A stretch of DNA of 61,112 nucleotides from an uncultured Candidatus Saccharibacteria bacterium. GTDB taxonomy: Bacteria; Patescibacteriota; Saccharimonadia; Saccharimonadales; SZUA-47. Position numbers and translations under genes: made by a program. The notes below the pieces were generated by a model. That model worked only from the letters and a program-made list of their open reading frames with translations, searched no databases and was not told the DNA's origin. Shown piece by piece: positions 1-8,685 of this stretch. The stretch covers positions 133,073-194,184 of the forward strand of contig CAYQPN010000002.1 in assembly GCA_964419675.1 (NCBI GenBank), given 5' to 3'. Numbering within the stretch: position 1 is the stretch's first letter; each line of letters begins with the position of its first letter.

Positions 1-1
1 C

Positions 2-790
2 ATGCGTATTGGCTTAATGGGTGCGGAAGCGGCAGACAGCGACGCATACCAAAGTGCTTTGGCATTGAGCAAAGCATTTTCAGGATCCGGGCCTCGTAGC
101 TCGGCAGTGAAGTTTAACCCTAAGACGGGTGAACTCGAACTAAAAAGAGGTGGCGTGAGCGCACTAAGAACTGGCGGTTCAGCAACAACTGCTCCAATGT
201 GGGAAGTAGTTGCCACATATACAGACGCTGCTCAGATCTTATTCCCTAACTTAAGGTATGCTGACAGGAATGAGTCGAAAATGCTTGAGAGCCAAGTAAA
301 AAGTGATGCTAGGGTACAGTACCTTGTTACCAAGGAAACTGACAAACTTCGCAAATCAAAAGGTAGGAATGCAACGAGTGCTGAGCTTGAAAAAATTGTC
401 GAACATGCGAAAGCAGAAGTTGCAATGCAGGCAACAGGGTTAGCAGACGAAGAAAAAGACAAAAGAACTCCACGGGACAGAAAAAAAGCTAGAGGCAAAG
501 TAAAGAAACAGGCTAAGAAAGAAAGGCGAAGTCGTAATAAACAATATGCCCAACGAGCTAAGGAGATAGCGAGAGAAGACATCTTCGAACGAGACGAGGA
601 AAAAAATGCGGCAGTAAGAAACCGGGTGCTTCAAGAGCGAGCAGCTAGAGCCAGAGCTGCGAAAGCACTCAGGTTTAGTAATATTTCAACCACACGAACT
701 AGTCGGGCAAATGTAAGAACGACAAAACACGGATCTAGCACAAGGCCAGTAAGAGTGGTTACTCCTAAAAGAAAATTAAGTAGTTATTAA
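2..790 (+). CDS. Partial CDS (5' end outside window). Hydrophilic protein with a very basic Lys/Arg-rich C-terminal half. Function unknown; first gene of the T4SS-like cluster.
   Basis: Frame is open from the window edge to the stop at 788-790. Tail reads KKARGKVKKQAKKERRSRNK. Same strand as, and closely spaced with, the following cluster genes. Confidence 0.5.
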   Translation: MRIGLMGAEAADSDAYQSALALSKAFSGSGPRSSAVKFNPKTGELELKRGGVSALRTGGSATTAPMWEVVATYTDAAQILFPNLRYADRNESKMLESQVKSDARVQYLVTKETDKLRKSKGRNATSAELEKIVEHAKAEVAMQATGLADEEKDKRTPRDRKKARGKVKKQAKKERRSRNKQYAQRAKEIAREDIFERDEEKNAAVRNRVLQERAARARAAKALRFSNISTTRTSRANVRTTKHGSSTRPVRVVTPKRKLSSY

Positions 791-844
791 TAAAGCATAA
801 GCTTACTTTATTGGAAGCGACAACTGACGTATACTTATGCTTGT

Positions 845-2092
845 ATGGCGGTTCACAAGGTACCTCAAGATGTTGAGGCTGAAGACAAGTTTTTAGGCCC
901 TCTTAGTTTCAAGCAATTTTTGTTTGGAGGAGGGACTGTTATTTCTGGCTACATGATTTTTCTTGGACTGTCTAAAAACATTTGGCCACTATCCGTGGTT
1001 TTCTTTTTTCCGTTTTTAGCTTTTGCAATGTTAACATTCCCCTGGAGTAAAGAACAGCCAACAGAGTTGTGGCTGGCAGCCAGAATCCGATTTTTTATTA
1101 AACCACGGCGTAGAATTTGGGACCAGACAGGCTTAAAAGACTTAGTAAACGTTACCGCTCCTATCCACCAAACCCACGCCTTAACTGATGGTTTGAGCGC
1201 TACAGACGTGCAGGGAAGATTGAGCGCCCTGGCAACAATGGTTGATAGCAGAGGCTGGGCTGTTAAGAACCATATGGGTTCTTCTGCAGTTCTTGAGGAG
1301 CTTGATGTAAGCGACCGCTTAGTAGATGCTCCCGTTATACGCAATAAAGCTGTGCAGCTGGAAGAAGAGACGTTACCAGATGTGCTTGATGACCATTCCG
1401 GCACAATAGCAAGGCAATTTGAAACAATGATTGATAAGTCTGAAACTAAGCACAAATCTGAGACTATGCGACTACTAGAAGAGGCAAGGGGCCATGCTGC
1501 ATCTGCGCAGACACAAGTTACCGAAGACCAGGTTGAGGCGTCTCCGCCACAACCGCAAGTTGATAATTCAAACAAATCTGAGACTCTACGCCTTGTTGAA
1601 GAAGCTAGACGTAAACCCGCTGAGGCCATTAGCCCCGTTAAACCTGCAACTAAAGAAAAACACGATAAGTCCAAAAGCCAGGATTTTTGGTTTAAGCAGG
1701 ATCAACAAGCACCCAGCGCACCCACTCTAGCCACATTTCAACAATCAGCCATAGTTACCCCCGGCGCACAAAGCACCTCCCCTCAATCCCCTCCGCCAGC
1801 TGGCGGACCTATTCCCCAGTCTTCTTCTGCCCTTTCCGATGATGATTTACTACAAAAAGTCCATGAAAAGCAGCGCAAAGATGCCCTGCAAATTCACGGA
1901 AGCCACATAAAAACCCTGCAACCCCTTGGGCAAACCACAAACCCTTCGCTAAATCCTACTGTTACAACACCTGTAAACCCTGATATACTAGCATTAGCGA
2001 ATAGCAATGACTTAAATGTTGAGACATTGGCACGTCAAGCTGGCAAGAATGATGACGAGCTGACAGACGAAGTGGTAGTCCCTCTTCGTTAA
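845..2092 (+). CDS. PrgI-family (VirB3-like) T4SS membrane protein with a long Pro/Gln/Ser-rich C-terminal extension
   Basis: N-terminus MAVHKVPQDVEAEDKFLGPLSFKQFLF is followed by two hydrophobic helices (TVISGYMIFLGL, LSVVFFFPFLAFAMLTF), which matches the PrgI-family pattern as I recall it. It lies directly upstream of the VirB4-type ATPase. The tail carries an internal KSET(M/L)RL(L/V)EEAR repeat. Confidence 0.6.
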   Translation: MAVHKVPQDVEAEDKFLGPLSFKQFLFGGGTVISGYMIFLGLSKNIWPLSVVFFFPFLAFAMLTFPWSKEQPTELWLAARIRFFIKPRRRIWDQTGLKDLVNVTAPIHQTHALTDGLSATDVQGRLSALATMVDSRGWAVKNHMGSSAVLEELDVSDRLVDAPVIRNKAVQLEEETLPDVLDDHSGTIARQFETMIDKSETKHKSETMRLLEEARGHAASAQTQVTEDQVEASPPQPQVDNSNKSETLRLVEEARRKPAEAISPVKPATKEKHDKSKSQDFWFKQDQQAPSAPTLATFQQSAIVTPGAQSTSPQSPPPAGGPIPQSSSALSDDDLLQKVHEKQRKDALQIHGSHIKTLQPLGQTTNPSLNPTVTTPVNPDILALANSNDLNVETLARQAGKNDDELTDEVVVPLR

Positions 2093-2116
2093 TTTTAAAA
2101 CGGGTGGTAAATATCG

Positions 2117-2911
2117 ATGAATCCAAACCAACAACAATTTAACCCAAATGGCGCACAAACTGTTGCTACTGTAGGGCCGGCCTCAAAATCTAACCCTAAC
2201 AGCACTCAAAATACCCTGTTAATAGCAGAGGTTAGGGACGGCATTGTTATCATGAACGATGGGAGCTTCAGGGCGGTAGTTGCTTGCCAAAGTATAAATT
2301 TTGACCTTATGAGCCCGACAGAGCGAGAAGCAGTTGAATATAGCTATCAGGGATTTTTGAATTCACTTTACTTCCCGATTCAAATTTTTGTACGTAGCCA
2401 AAAAGTAGATTTACGACCGTATATTGAAAAGCTAGACAAGATTCGCTCAGAACACGATAACATGTTGCTGGCCTTGCTTATGGAAGACTACATAAATTTT
2501 ATGAGTGATATCTCTCTGCAAACCAACATTATGGACAAGAAATTTTACGTCGTAATCCCTTTTTTCCAGACAGTAGACGCTCAAAAAGCAGTGCAAGCCA
2601 GCAAGAACTTCTTAACTGGTGTCTTTGGTAAAAAAGAAGAGAAGATTACTATTAATGAACAGGACTTAGAAAAAGGCAAAACCGAACTTCGAAATCGAAT
2701 CCAGGCGGTTATGGCAGGCTTACAGCAATGTGGGGTACAAAGCGTGCCCCTAGATACCCAAGAACTAATTGAACTTTATTATGATGCCTATAACCCAGAT
2801 ACGGCTACCCGGCAGAAGTTGCGTAATTTTAAAGGTATGGATACACCTGTTGTTACAAAAGGTGAAGGCCAAGCCTACCAACCGAATTTAGAGCGGGAGA
2901 TGGACAAATAA
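2117..2911 (+). CDS. T4SS-associated protein resembling the N-terminal region of Gram-positive VirB4/TrsE/PrgJ ATPases
   Basis: The segment DGSFRAVVACQSINFDLMSPTEREAVEYSYQGFLNSLYFPIQIFV resembles VirB4 N-domain patterns. Its stop overlaps the ATPase start by 1 nt (TAATG at 2909-2913). It has no Walker motifs of its own. Confidence 0.5.
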   Translation: MNPNQQQFNPNGAQTVATVGPASKSNPNSTQNTLLIAEVRDGIVIMNDGSFRAVVACQSINFDLMSPTEREAVEYSYQGFLNSLYFPIQIFVRSQKVDLRPYIEKLDKIRSEHDNMLLALLMEDYINFMSDISLQTNIMDKKFYVVIPFFQTVDAQKAVQASKNFLTGVFGKKEEKITINEQDLEKGKTELRNRIQAVMAGLQQCGVQSVPLDTQELIELYYDAYNPDTATRQKLRNFKGMDTPVVTKGEGQAYQPNLEREMDK

Positions 2912-4833
2912 TGTTTAAGAAAAAACAAACACTTGACCCGGTGGCAGCCGCACAAGCTCAGCAACTTCGAGAACAAATGGAGGTCCAGGCTGCTTTTCAA
3001 AAAGGGGTAACAGCCCTTCGCGACTTTATTGCTCCAGCCAGTTTAGAATTTGAAAGTAGCCAGTTTAAGATTGGAACGCGTATCGCACGCTCTTACTATG
3101 TATACGGTTATCCACGCCAAATTTATACTGGCTGGTTAAGTTCCATGGTTAATCTTGACGAGGTTATTGACCTTTCCATGTTTATTTACCCAGTTGAAAG
3201 TCAAGTAGTCTTAGAGAATTTGCGTAAAAAAGTTGGCCAACTTGAAGCGGGATTGCAAATTGATGCCGAGCGTGGCAAAGTTCGTGACCCGGGTAAGCAA
3301 GCGGCAATTGTTGATGCCGAGGAGTTACGTGACAAACTGCAGGTTGGTGAAGAGCGCTTCTTTAGATTTGGCCTATATTTTACAATTTATGCAAATTCAG
3401 ATGATGAAATGGAGTTTGTTACACATAAAGTTGAGAGTATCTTGGGCCAGCAACTGGTTTATAGTAAGCCGGCCAGCGCGCAACAGGAACAAGGTCTTAA
3501 TTCAACTATCCCCCAATTCACAGACCAGCTTCAGATTAGGCGCAATATGAATACCGGTGCAATTAGCACTAGCTTCCCGTTCACCAGCGCAGATTTGTCT
3601 CAAGACAATGGAATTTTATATGGTATCAACATGCATAACTCTGGTTTGGTAATTTTTGACAGGTTTAGCCTGGAAAACGGCAACAGTGTTGTGTTTGCAA
3701 AATCTGGTGCTGGTAAAAGCTTTACCGTGAAACTTGAAGCCCTAAGAAGCATGATGTTTGGCACAGAGGTATTTATAATAGACCCAGAAAACGAATATCA
3801 ACGGATGTGTGACGCGGTTGGTGGGGCATATGTCCGTTTAAGTTTGAACAGCGCAACCCGTATAAATCCTTTTGACTTACCTGCTGTTGTTGACTCCGAA
3901 GAAGCCGATAACGCACTTCGCAGTAATTTAATCACTCTTCATGGTTTATTGCGCCTAATGATGGGGGGCGCCCAAGCCCAAATGATGTCATCTCAAGGAG
4001 GTGGAGTAGCCATGCCGGCCTTAAGCCCAGCCGAAGAAGCCGACTTAGATACAGCTTTAATTGAAACTTATTCAAGAGCTGGGATAACTAACGACCCGCT
4101 AACTCACCGCTCACCCCCGCCAACAATAAATGATTTATATGACACTCTACTTCATATGGGTGGTTCAGGGCCACAATTGGCACAGCGTCTGCGTAAGTAC
4201 ACAACTGGGACGTTCGCGGGAATTTTCAGCCAGGCCAGCAACATAGACATTAACAACCCGTTGGTCGTATTTAACATCCGAGATCTTGAGGATGAATTAA
4301 GACCAGTGGCTATGTATATTGTCTTGAATTACATCTGGAACAAGACAAAATCAGATAGAAAAAAACGCATACTTATTGTTGATGAGGCCTGGCAACTCAT
4401 GAAATACGAAGATAGCGCTAATTTCTTGTTTAGCCTTGCCAAGAGAGCCCGTAAGTACAACTTGGGCATAACTACAATTACCCAAGATGTTGAAGATTTT
4501 ATGGGTTCACGCATGGGAAGGGCCATCGTGGCTAACGCTAGTATGCAAATCCTGCTTAAACAATCTAGTTCGGCTGTTGATGTTCTTGCAGACGTATTCA
4601 AGCTAACCAGCGAGGAGAAGAAGCGTCTCAGTCAATTCCCAGTTGGGCAAGGTTTGTTTTTTGCTGGCCAAAATCATGTACATATTCAAATTACCGCCAG
4701 CCCAACAGAAACAAATCTAATCACAACAAACCCTGATGAAGTGAAGCAAATAGATTTGCAAGCCCAGCAAGATCAACAAACCCAAGTAGACCTACAACAG
4801 CAGAGCCTTAATGAGCCGACAGAAGTTCAATAA
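2911..4833 (+). CDS. virB4: VirB4/TrsE/PrgJ-type type IV secretion ATPase
   Basis: Walker A is VFAKSGAGKSFTVK and Walker B is KKRILIVDEAWQLM. The N-domain segment ARSYYVYGYPRQIYTGWLSSMVNLDEVIDLSMFIYPV is typical of the VirB4 family. Confidence 0.85.
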   Translation: MFKKKQTLDPVAAAQAQQLREQMEVQAAFQKGVTALRDFIAPASLEFESSQFKIGTRIARSYYVYGYPRQIYTGWLSSMVNLDEVIDLSMFIYPVESQVVLENLRKKVGQLEAGLQIDAERGKVRDPGKQAAIVDAEELRDKLQVGEERFFRFGLYFTIYANSDDEMEFVTHKVESILGQQLVYSKPASAQQEQGLNSTIPQFTDQLQIRRNMNTGAISTSFPFTSADLSQDNGILYGINMHNSGLVIFDRFSLENGNSVVFAKSGAGKSFTVKLEALRSMMFGTEVFIIDPENEYQRMCDAVGGAYVRLSLNSATRINPFDLPAVVDSEEADNALRSNLITLHGLLRLMMGGAQAQMMSSQGGGVAMPALSPAEEADLDTALIETYSRAGITNDPLTHRSPPPTINDLYDTLLHMGGSGPQLAQRLRKYTTGTFAGIFSQASNIDINNPLVVFNIRDLEDELRPVAMYIVLNYIWNKTKSDRKKRILIVDEAWQLMKYEDSANFLFSLAKRARKYNLGITTITQDVEDFMGSRMGRAIVANASMQILLKQSSSAVDVLADVFKLTSEEKKRLSQFPVGQGLFFAGQNHVHIQITASPTETNLITTNPDEVKQIDLQAQQDQQTQVDLQQQSLNEPTEVQ

Positions 4834-4861
4834 CAGTGAAGATATTTAGGAAAAGTCGTTT

Positions 4862-7800
4862 ATGAATCTACTACTAAACAAACGACCCGGCGATTATGAC
4901 CCCGACGCCGATGAACAAAACAATCCTGTAAATAAAAGTGGGGGAGGCGATAGTTCTTGGAGTCCCGACGGCTATGATGAAGATAATAGCGACTACGACC
5001 AAGACAATCCAACAAGCAAAGCAAGAAATAACGTAAATCCCGCAGCGGCAGAGATTGGAGCAATGACTAATGATGGTAACAAAACTAAAACTTCTGACGC
5101 TGAAAATAAGCTAAGTGGTTCTGCAGGACTGGCTGGTTCTGATGTAGTTGGTAGAGGCTTCCCGATAAGTGCGGGGGCTACGCCAGTAGGGGTACTTTCG
5201 AAATTTAGAGCTATGTCAACAAAAAAGAAGGCAGTATCTGGCGGAGGAATTGCCGGAGTAGCAACTCTACTGTTTATGATGTTCTTTATGAGTATTGGGC
5301 CACTTAAACTTGTACACGTTGGTTCTTTGCTTGAGCGATTTCACTTTTCAGCAAACCAAGATTTTAACGATAACAATAGCATGAGCTTAATGAGATACAT
5401 CCGTAAAGGGCCTCAAAGCACACGACTTGGTAGAACATTTTCAAGGGTTGCAGAAAATCTAGATCTTAAAATAACTGATAATACAGGTCTTAGAGCTGTT
5501 TATGGGAAAGGAACTAGAAGACTAATTGGCTACGAGATACTAGACCCTGATAAAGCATCAGGATTATTAAAAGACATCGAGAAGGACGGTTATGACACCA
5601 AAGGTACGCTCGGTGATGGGAATTTTGACACACAAGGAAATAAAATTACGCCGAAGGGCAACAACTTTATCCCAGTAAAAGAAGATACCTTTAGAAGAAA
5701 AAGAGGGCTCCAGAGACTAATTATTGAAGGGGCCGACATAGACGGAGTTGCAGCTACGTTGTCTTCAAGATTACTAAGCAAATATGCTGGGGTTGGGTGG
5801 GCACCGTTACAGAACCTTCGGAGAAAAGGTACTGATAAGGCAGTTGACTTTTATTTTAAGGTCCGGGAGGATATGGCGAAGCGAAACTCAAAAGGCATTA
5901 GCCCAGGAGATGTCACGCCGGCAGGGACTGATGCTGACAATGACGGGAAAATTGACACCGACACTACTTCGGCTAATACTCCTGAGGCTGACGCTTCCAG
6001 GGCTGGGGCAGATGCTGTAGATGTAACAAAGAATATTGACCCTGCCAGCCCAGACTATAGTGTTAAGGTAGATGCTGCCAAAGCTAATGTAAACGCAAAG
6101 CTAAAAGGGGCGGCGGCGGCGGCAGCAATTGTAGGAGTTATTTGCGCTGTAAGATCAGTCGGGGATGCGGCAGAGAACACACAATACTTGAACGTTATAT
6201 TACCAATGATTCGTTTGTCGACAATGTATATGAGCGTGGCGTCACAAATAAAATCTGGCGAGAATTTGTCTAGTGACGAAATAGCGGTATTTGCTGAGAG
6301 CCTTAATGACCCCGTAACTGGTTTGGGTGCGCTGTCAGCTGCTCCCTTCGTTGCCTCAACAAATGGTCCAGCACCGGCTGGTACTAAATATGCTAGTGAT
6401 TTAGACCCTGATTTAAAACCGGGTAAACTCGGTGAGAAACCAGAATTTTTCGGTTTACTTGATAGCATCCCTGGTATAGGCACAATCTGCGGAATTGACA
6501 CCTTAATTGGTGGGCTACCAATTATTAAACAAATTTCTGATATATCTTCTTTTGGGGTTGATAAGATTCTAGGAGTTGTAGGGTTGTCGCAAGAAAAGCT
6601 TATTAGTTCCCTAGTCAATGTTTTGGCTGGTAGCAGTATCAACTTTTATGCTGTCGGGGCCGAGCTGGGGAACTACCTAATGTACGGCGGAAGACTAGCT
6701 GCCAACGTGTTGAACATCTCAACAGGAGCAAGAGAACTATCATCAGACGAAGAAATAGCCCTGTTAAACGAAGAGCAGCAAAAAATTATAAAGCAAAACC
6801 AGTCTAAGAGTTTTTTTGCCAGAATGTTTGATGTAAATGACGTTGATTCACTGGCCGGTAGAGCTGTAATTAATTCTCCAGTAACGATAAACTCTCTGGT
6901 TAACAAATTTTCTCAGATTAGACCAAGTAGCTTACTTTCGTCTCTAATTCCATCGGCTAAAGCCGGGGCAATAAATGGTGGATACTTTGACTATGGTTTT
7001 CCAGCCTATGGTCACAGTCTGGCAGAACAGGATGACCCAAGAATTCAAGACCCCTATGCAAATGCCGAGATTGTTGAGGCTGATATAGCCGATATTGATG
7101 CTAAGTTTGGTGATTGCTTTAGTAAAAGAATTGACCCGACAACTCTTGATCTGATTGACAACGAGCTTGCAAGAAGAGATGTAACTGCGGCAAAATGTAA
7201 TGATAAAACATCAGAACAACTCTTGCGATACCGTTTTTACCTTCCTGCAAGGGTTACTGAGACCACACTTGCTTGTTACGGAGGTGATCGGCAGTCATGT
7301 GATACTCTTGGTGTCCAAGCCGGGAGCGAAAATGATACAGCAGATGCCACTACCGCAAACTCAACTGAACCAGTTGCGGTTGAAGACCTTAACTGTGAGG
7401 GGCTTCTTACGCTTGATTCTAGGTATAAGTACAGCTCGAAGGGGGCTATAGAACTTGATGCAGAAGGCATGCCGGTAAAAGCCTCTTTGCGACCATACAG
7501 CAGCAGAGTAAAGGAAGTGTGCGCACAACGAAAAGCAGAATGTATATCCGGAAACATGCCTTATACTCAAAAAGCATTGTGTGAAGGTTTTAAATTTTCA
7601 GAAACATTCTACGGAGCTAGTTATGGTAGGTTCACAGCTTTAACCCAAGAATGGTATGGACTTAAGGCAAAACGAAACCCTGAGCATAATGCTGAAGGGT
7701 GGAGCGCCAACTGGAGACCTGGACTCAACGAAGATAACTTATTTGGCTGCACAGGGCTAATAACAATATCTGTTTTTAAGGCATACGATCCTACTATAGA

Positions 7801-8077
7801 TTCCAGTGAGTTCCTTGGGTCGCCAAAATTCACCCGTCTCAAAAGTATGGATGAGTTACAGCCAGGAGATTTCATGGGCAATAATTCATTAGGACACTGG
7901 GTAATTGTTGCTGCCCCTCCTGCAAATGGAAAAGTAATAGTTTATCACTCATCAGGGTTTCCAAAAGTAGCTGGTTTTGGAGAAATATCAATTATTGACG
8001 ACAACAAGGATGGAGATAATGTTGACGATGGATGGAATAAGGGTAGATGGATGAGATGGAAAGAAAGCACCCCATAA
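4862..8077 (+). CDS. Giant polytopic membrane protein with a C-terminal papain-like (NlpC/P60- or CHAP-like) putative wall hydrolase domain. A VirB6/PrgK-type role is inferred.
   Basis: Acidic low-complexity N-terminus. Hydrophobic segments GIAGVATLLFMMFFMSIGPL, AAAAAAIVGVICAV, ILPMIRLSTMYMSVA and IPGIGTICGIDTLIGGLPII. C-terminal Cys/His arrangement FGCTGLITISVF ... GHWVIVAAPP ... VYHSSG. Confidence 0.5.
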   Translation: MNLLLNKRPGDYDPDADEQNNPVNKSGGGDSSWSPDGYDEDNSDYDQDNPTSKARNNVNPAAAEIGAMTNDGNKTKTSDAENKLSGSAGLAGSDVVGRGFPISAGATPVGVLSKFRAMSTKKKAVSGGGIAGVATLLFMMFFMSIGPLKLVHVGSLLERFHFSANQDFNDNNSMSLMRYIRKGPQSTRLGRTFSRVAENLDLKITDNTGLRAVYGKGTRRLIGYEILDPDKASGLLKDIEKDGYDTKGTLGDGNFDTQGNKITPKGNNFIPVKEDTFRRKRGLQRLIIEGADIDGVAATLSSRLLSKYAGVGWAPLQNLRRKGTDKAVDFYFKVREDMAKRNSKGISPGDVTPAGTDADNDGKIDTDTTSANTPEADASRAGADAVDVTKNIDPASPDYSVKVDAAKANVNAKLKGAAAAAAIVGVICAVRSVGDAAENTQYLNVILPMIRLSTMYMSVASQIKSGENLSSDEIAVFAESLNDPVTGLGALSAAPFVASTNGPAPAGTKYASDLDPDLKPGKLGEKPEFFGLLDSIPGIGTICGIDTLIGGLPIIKQISDISSFGVDKILGVVGLSQEKLISSLVNVLAGSSINFYAVGAELGNYLMYGGRLAANVLNISTGARELSSDEEIALLNEEQQKIIKQNQSKSFFARMFDVNDVDSLAGRAVINSPVTINSLVNKFSQIRPSSLLSSLIPSAKAGAINGGYFDYGFPAYGHSLAEQDDPRIQDPYANAEIVEADIADIDAKFGDCFSKRIDPTTLDLIDNELARRDVTAAKCNDKTSEQLLRYRFYLPARVTETTLACYGGDRQSCDTLGVQAGSENDTADATTANSTEPVAVEDLNCEGLLTLDSRYKYSSKGAIELDAEGMPVKASLRPYSSRVKEVCAQRKAECISGNMPYTQKALCEGFKFSETFYGASYGRFTALTQEWYGLKAKRNPEHNAEGWSANWRPGLNEDNLFGCTGLITISVFKAYDPTIDSSEFLGSPKFTRLKSMDELQPGDFMGNNSLGHWVIVAAPPANGKVIVYHSSGFPKVAGFGEISIIDDNKDGDNVDDGWNKGRWMRWKESTP

Positions 8078-8685
8078 TGGATATGAGGCGTAAATTATTT
8101 ATACGATTGTCAATTATAGGGATTCTTATTGTTGGTTTTGTAGTTTTTGCGATTTTGAACGGAAAAACGGACGAGCCCCGGAATATAGCAACAACTGACA
8201 CCAGTGGTAGGGCTACATTAAACCTTTCTGTTAGCGGTCCGGGAAAGAGTCTTAATATTACTTCGGATGTTGACGGATTTTTGGGTAATTATACTTTAGG
8301 TACTGTAGACCTAAAACTTTCAAAGCGCATTCAGACTTTAACTATAGCCGGAGATACCGTTGATCGTTCTACTTTATTTGTAGACATGACTGAAGGCGAC
8401 AAATCAATAACTACAGAAACAAAAGATAAGGGTTCGAGTGCTCAGATAATATCAAACGACTCCGGAAGCCCCCAAGATGTGAGCATTGACAGCTGCTCTT
8501 ACTACGGAAACAATACCTGGCTTACGTGTGTCGTAGCTAACCCAGATTTCTTAGAAACAGTAGTATACCAGCTCGAAAACGGTGCTTGGAAATATGTTAT
8601 TAGCGGTAGTTATTTAACTTACGAAGATTTTGTCGACATTGGGGCCCCCCAAGATCTACTTAGTAAAATAGAGAGGAATAATTAG
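8047..8685 (+). CDS. Membrane-anchored extracytoplasmic protein, unknown function (T4SS-like cluster)
   Basis: Single N-terminal TM helix LFIRLSIIGILIVGFVVFAIL. The in-frame ATG at 8077 overlaps the upstream stop (TAATG) and is the more likely start. Confidence 0.5.
   Translation: MDEMERKHPIMDMRRKLFIRLSIIGILIVGFVVFAILNGKTDEPRNIATTDTSGRATLNLSVSGPGKSLNITSDVDGFLGNYTLGTVDLKLSKRIQTLTIAGDTVDRSTLFVDMTEGDKSITTETKDKGSSAQIISNDSGSPQDVSIDSCSYYGNNTWLTCVVANPDFLETVVYQLENGAWKYVISGSYLTYEDFVDIGAPQDLLSKIERNN

Noticed and set aside
949-1674. Long antisense or alternate-frame ORFs inside well-supported genes (for example 949-1674, 6055-6642, 9014-9409, 18247-18678, 39192-39548 and 55558-55893)
   Set aside because: They lie entirely within better-supported genes that carry recognisable motifs. 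They have low-complexity, Ser/Leu/Cys-rich translations and no independent start context. I treated them as shadow ORFs.
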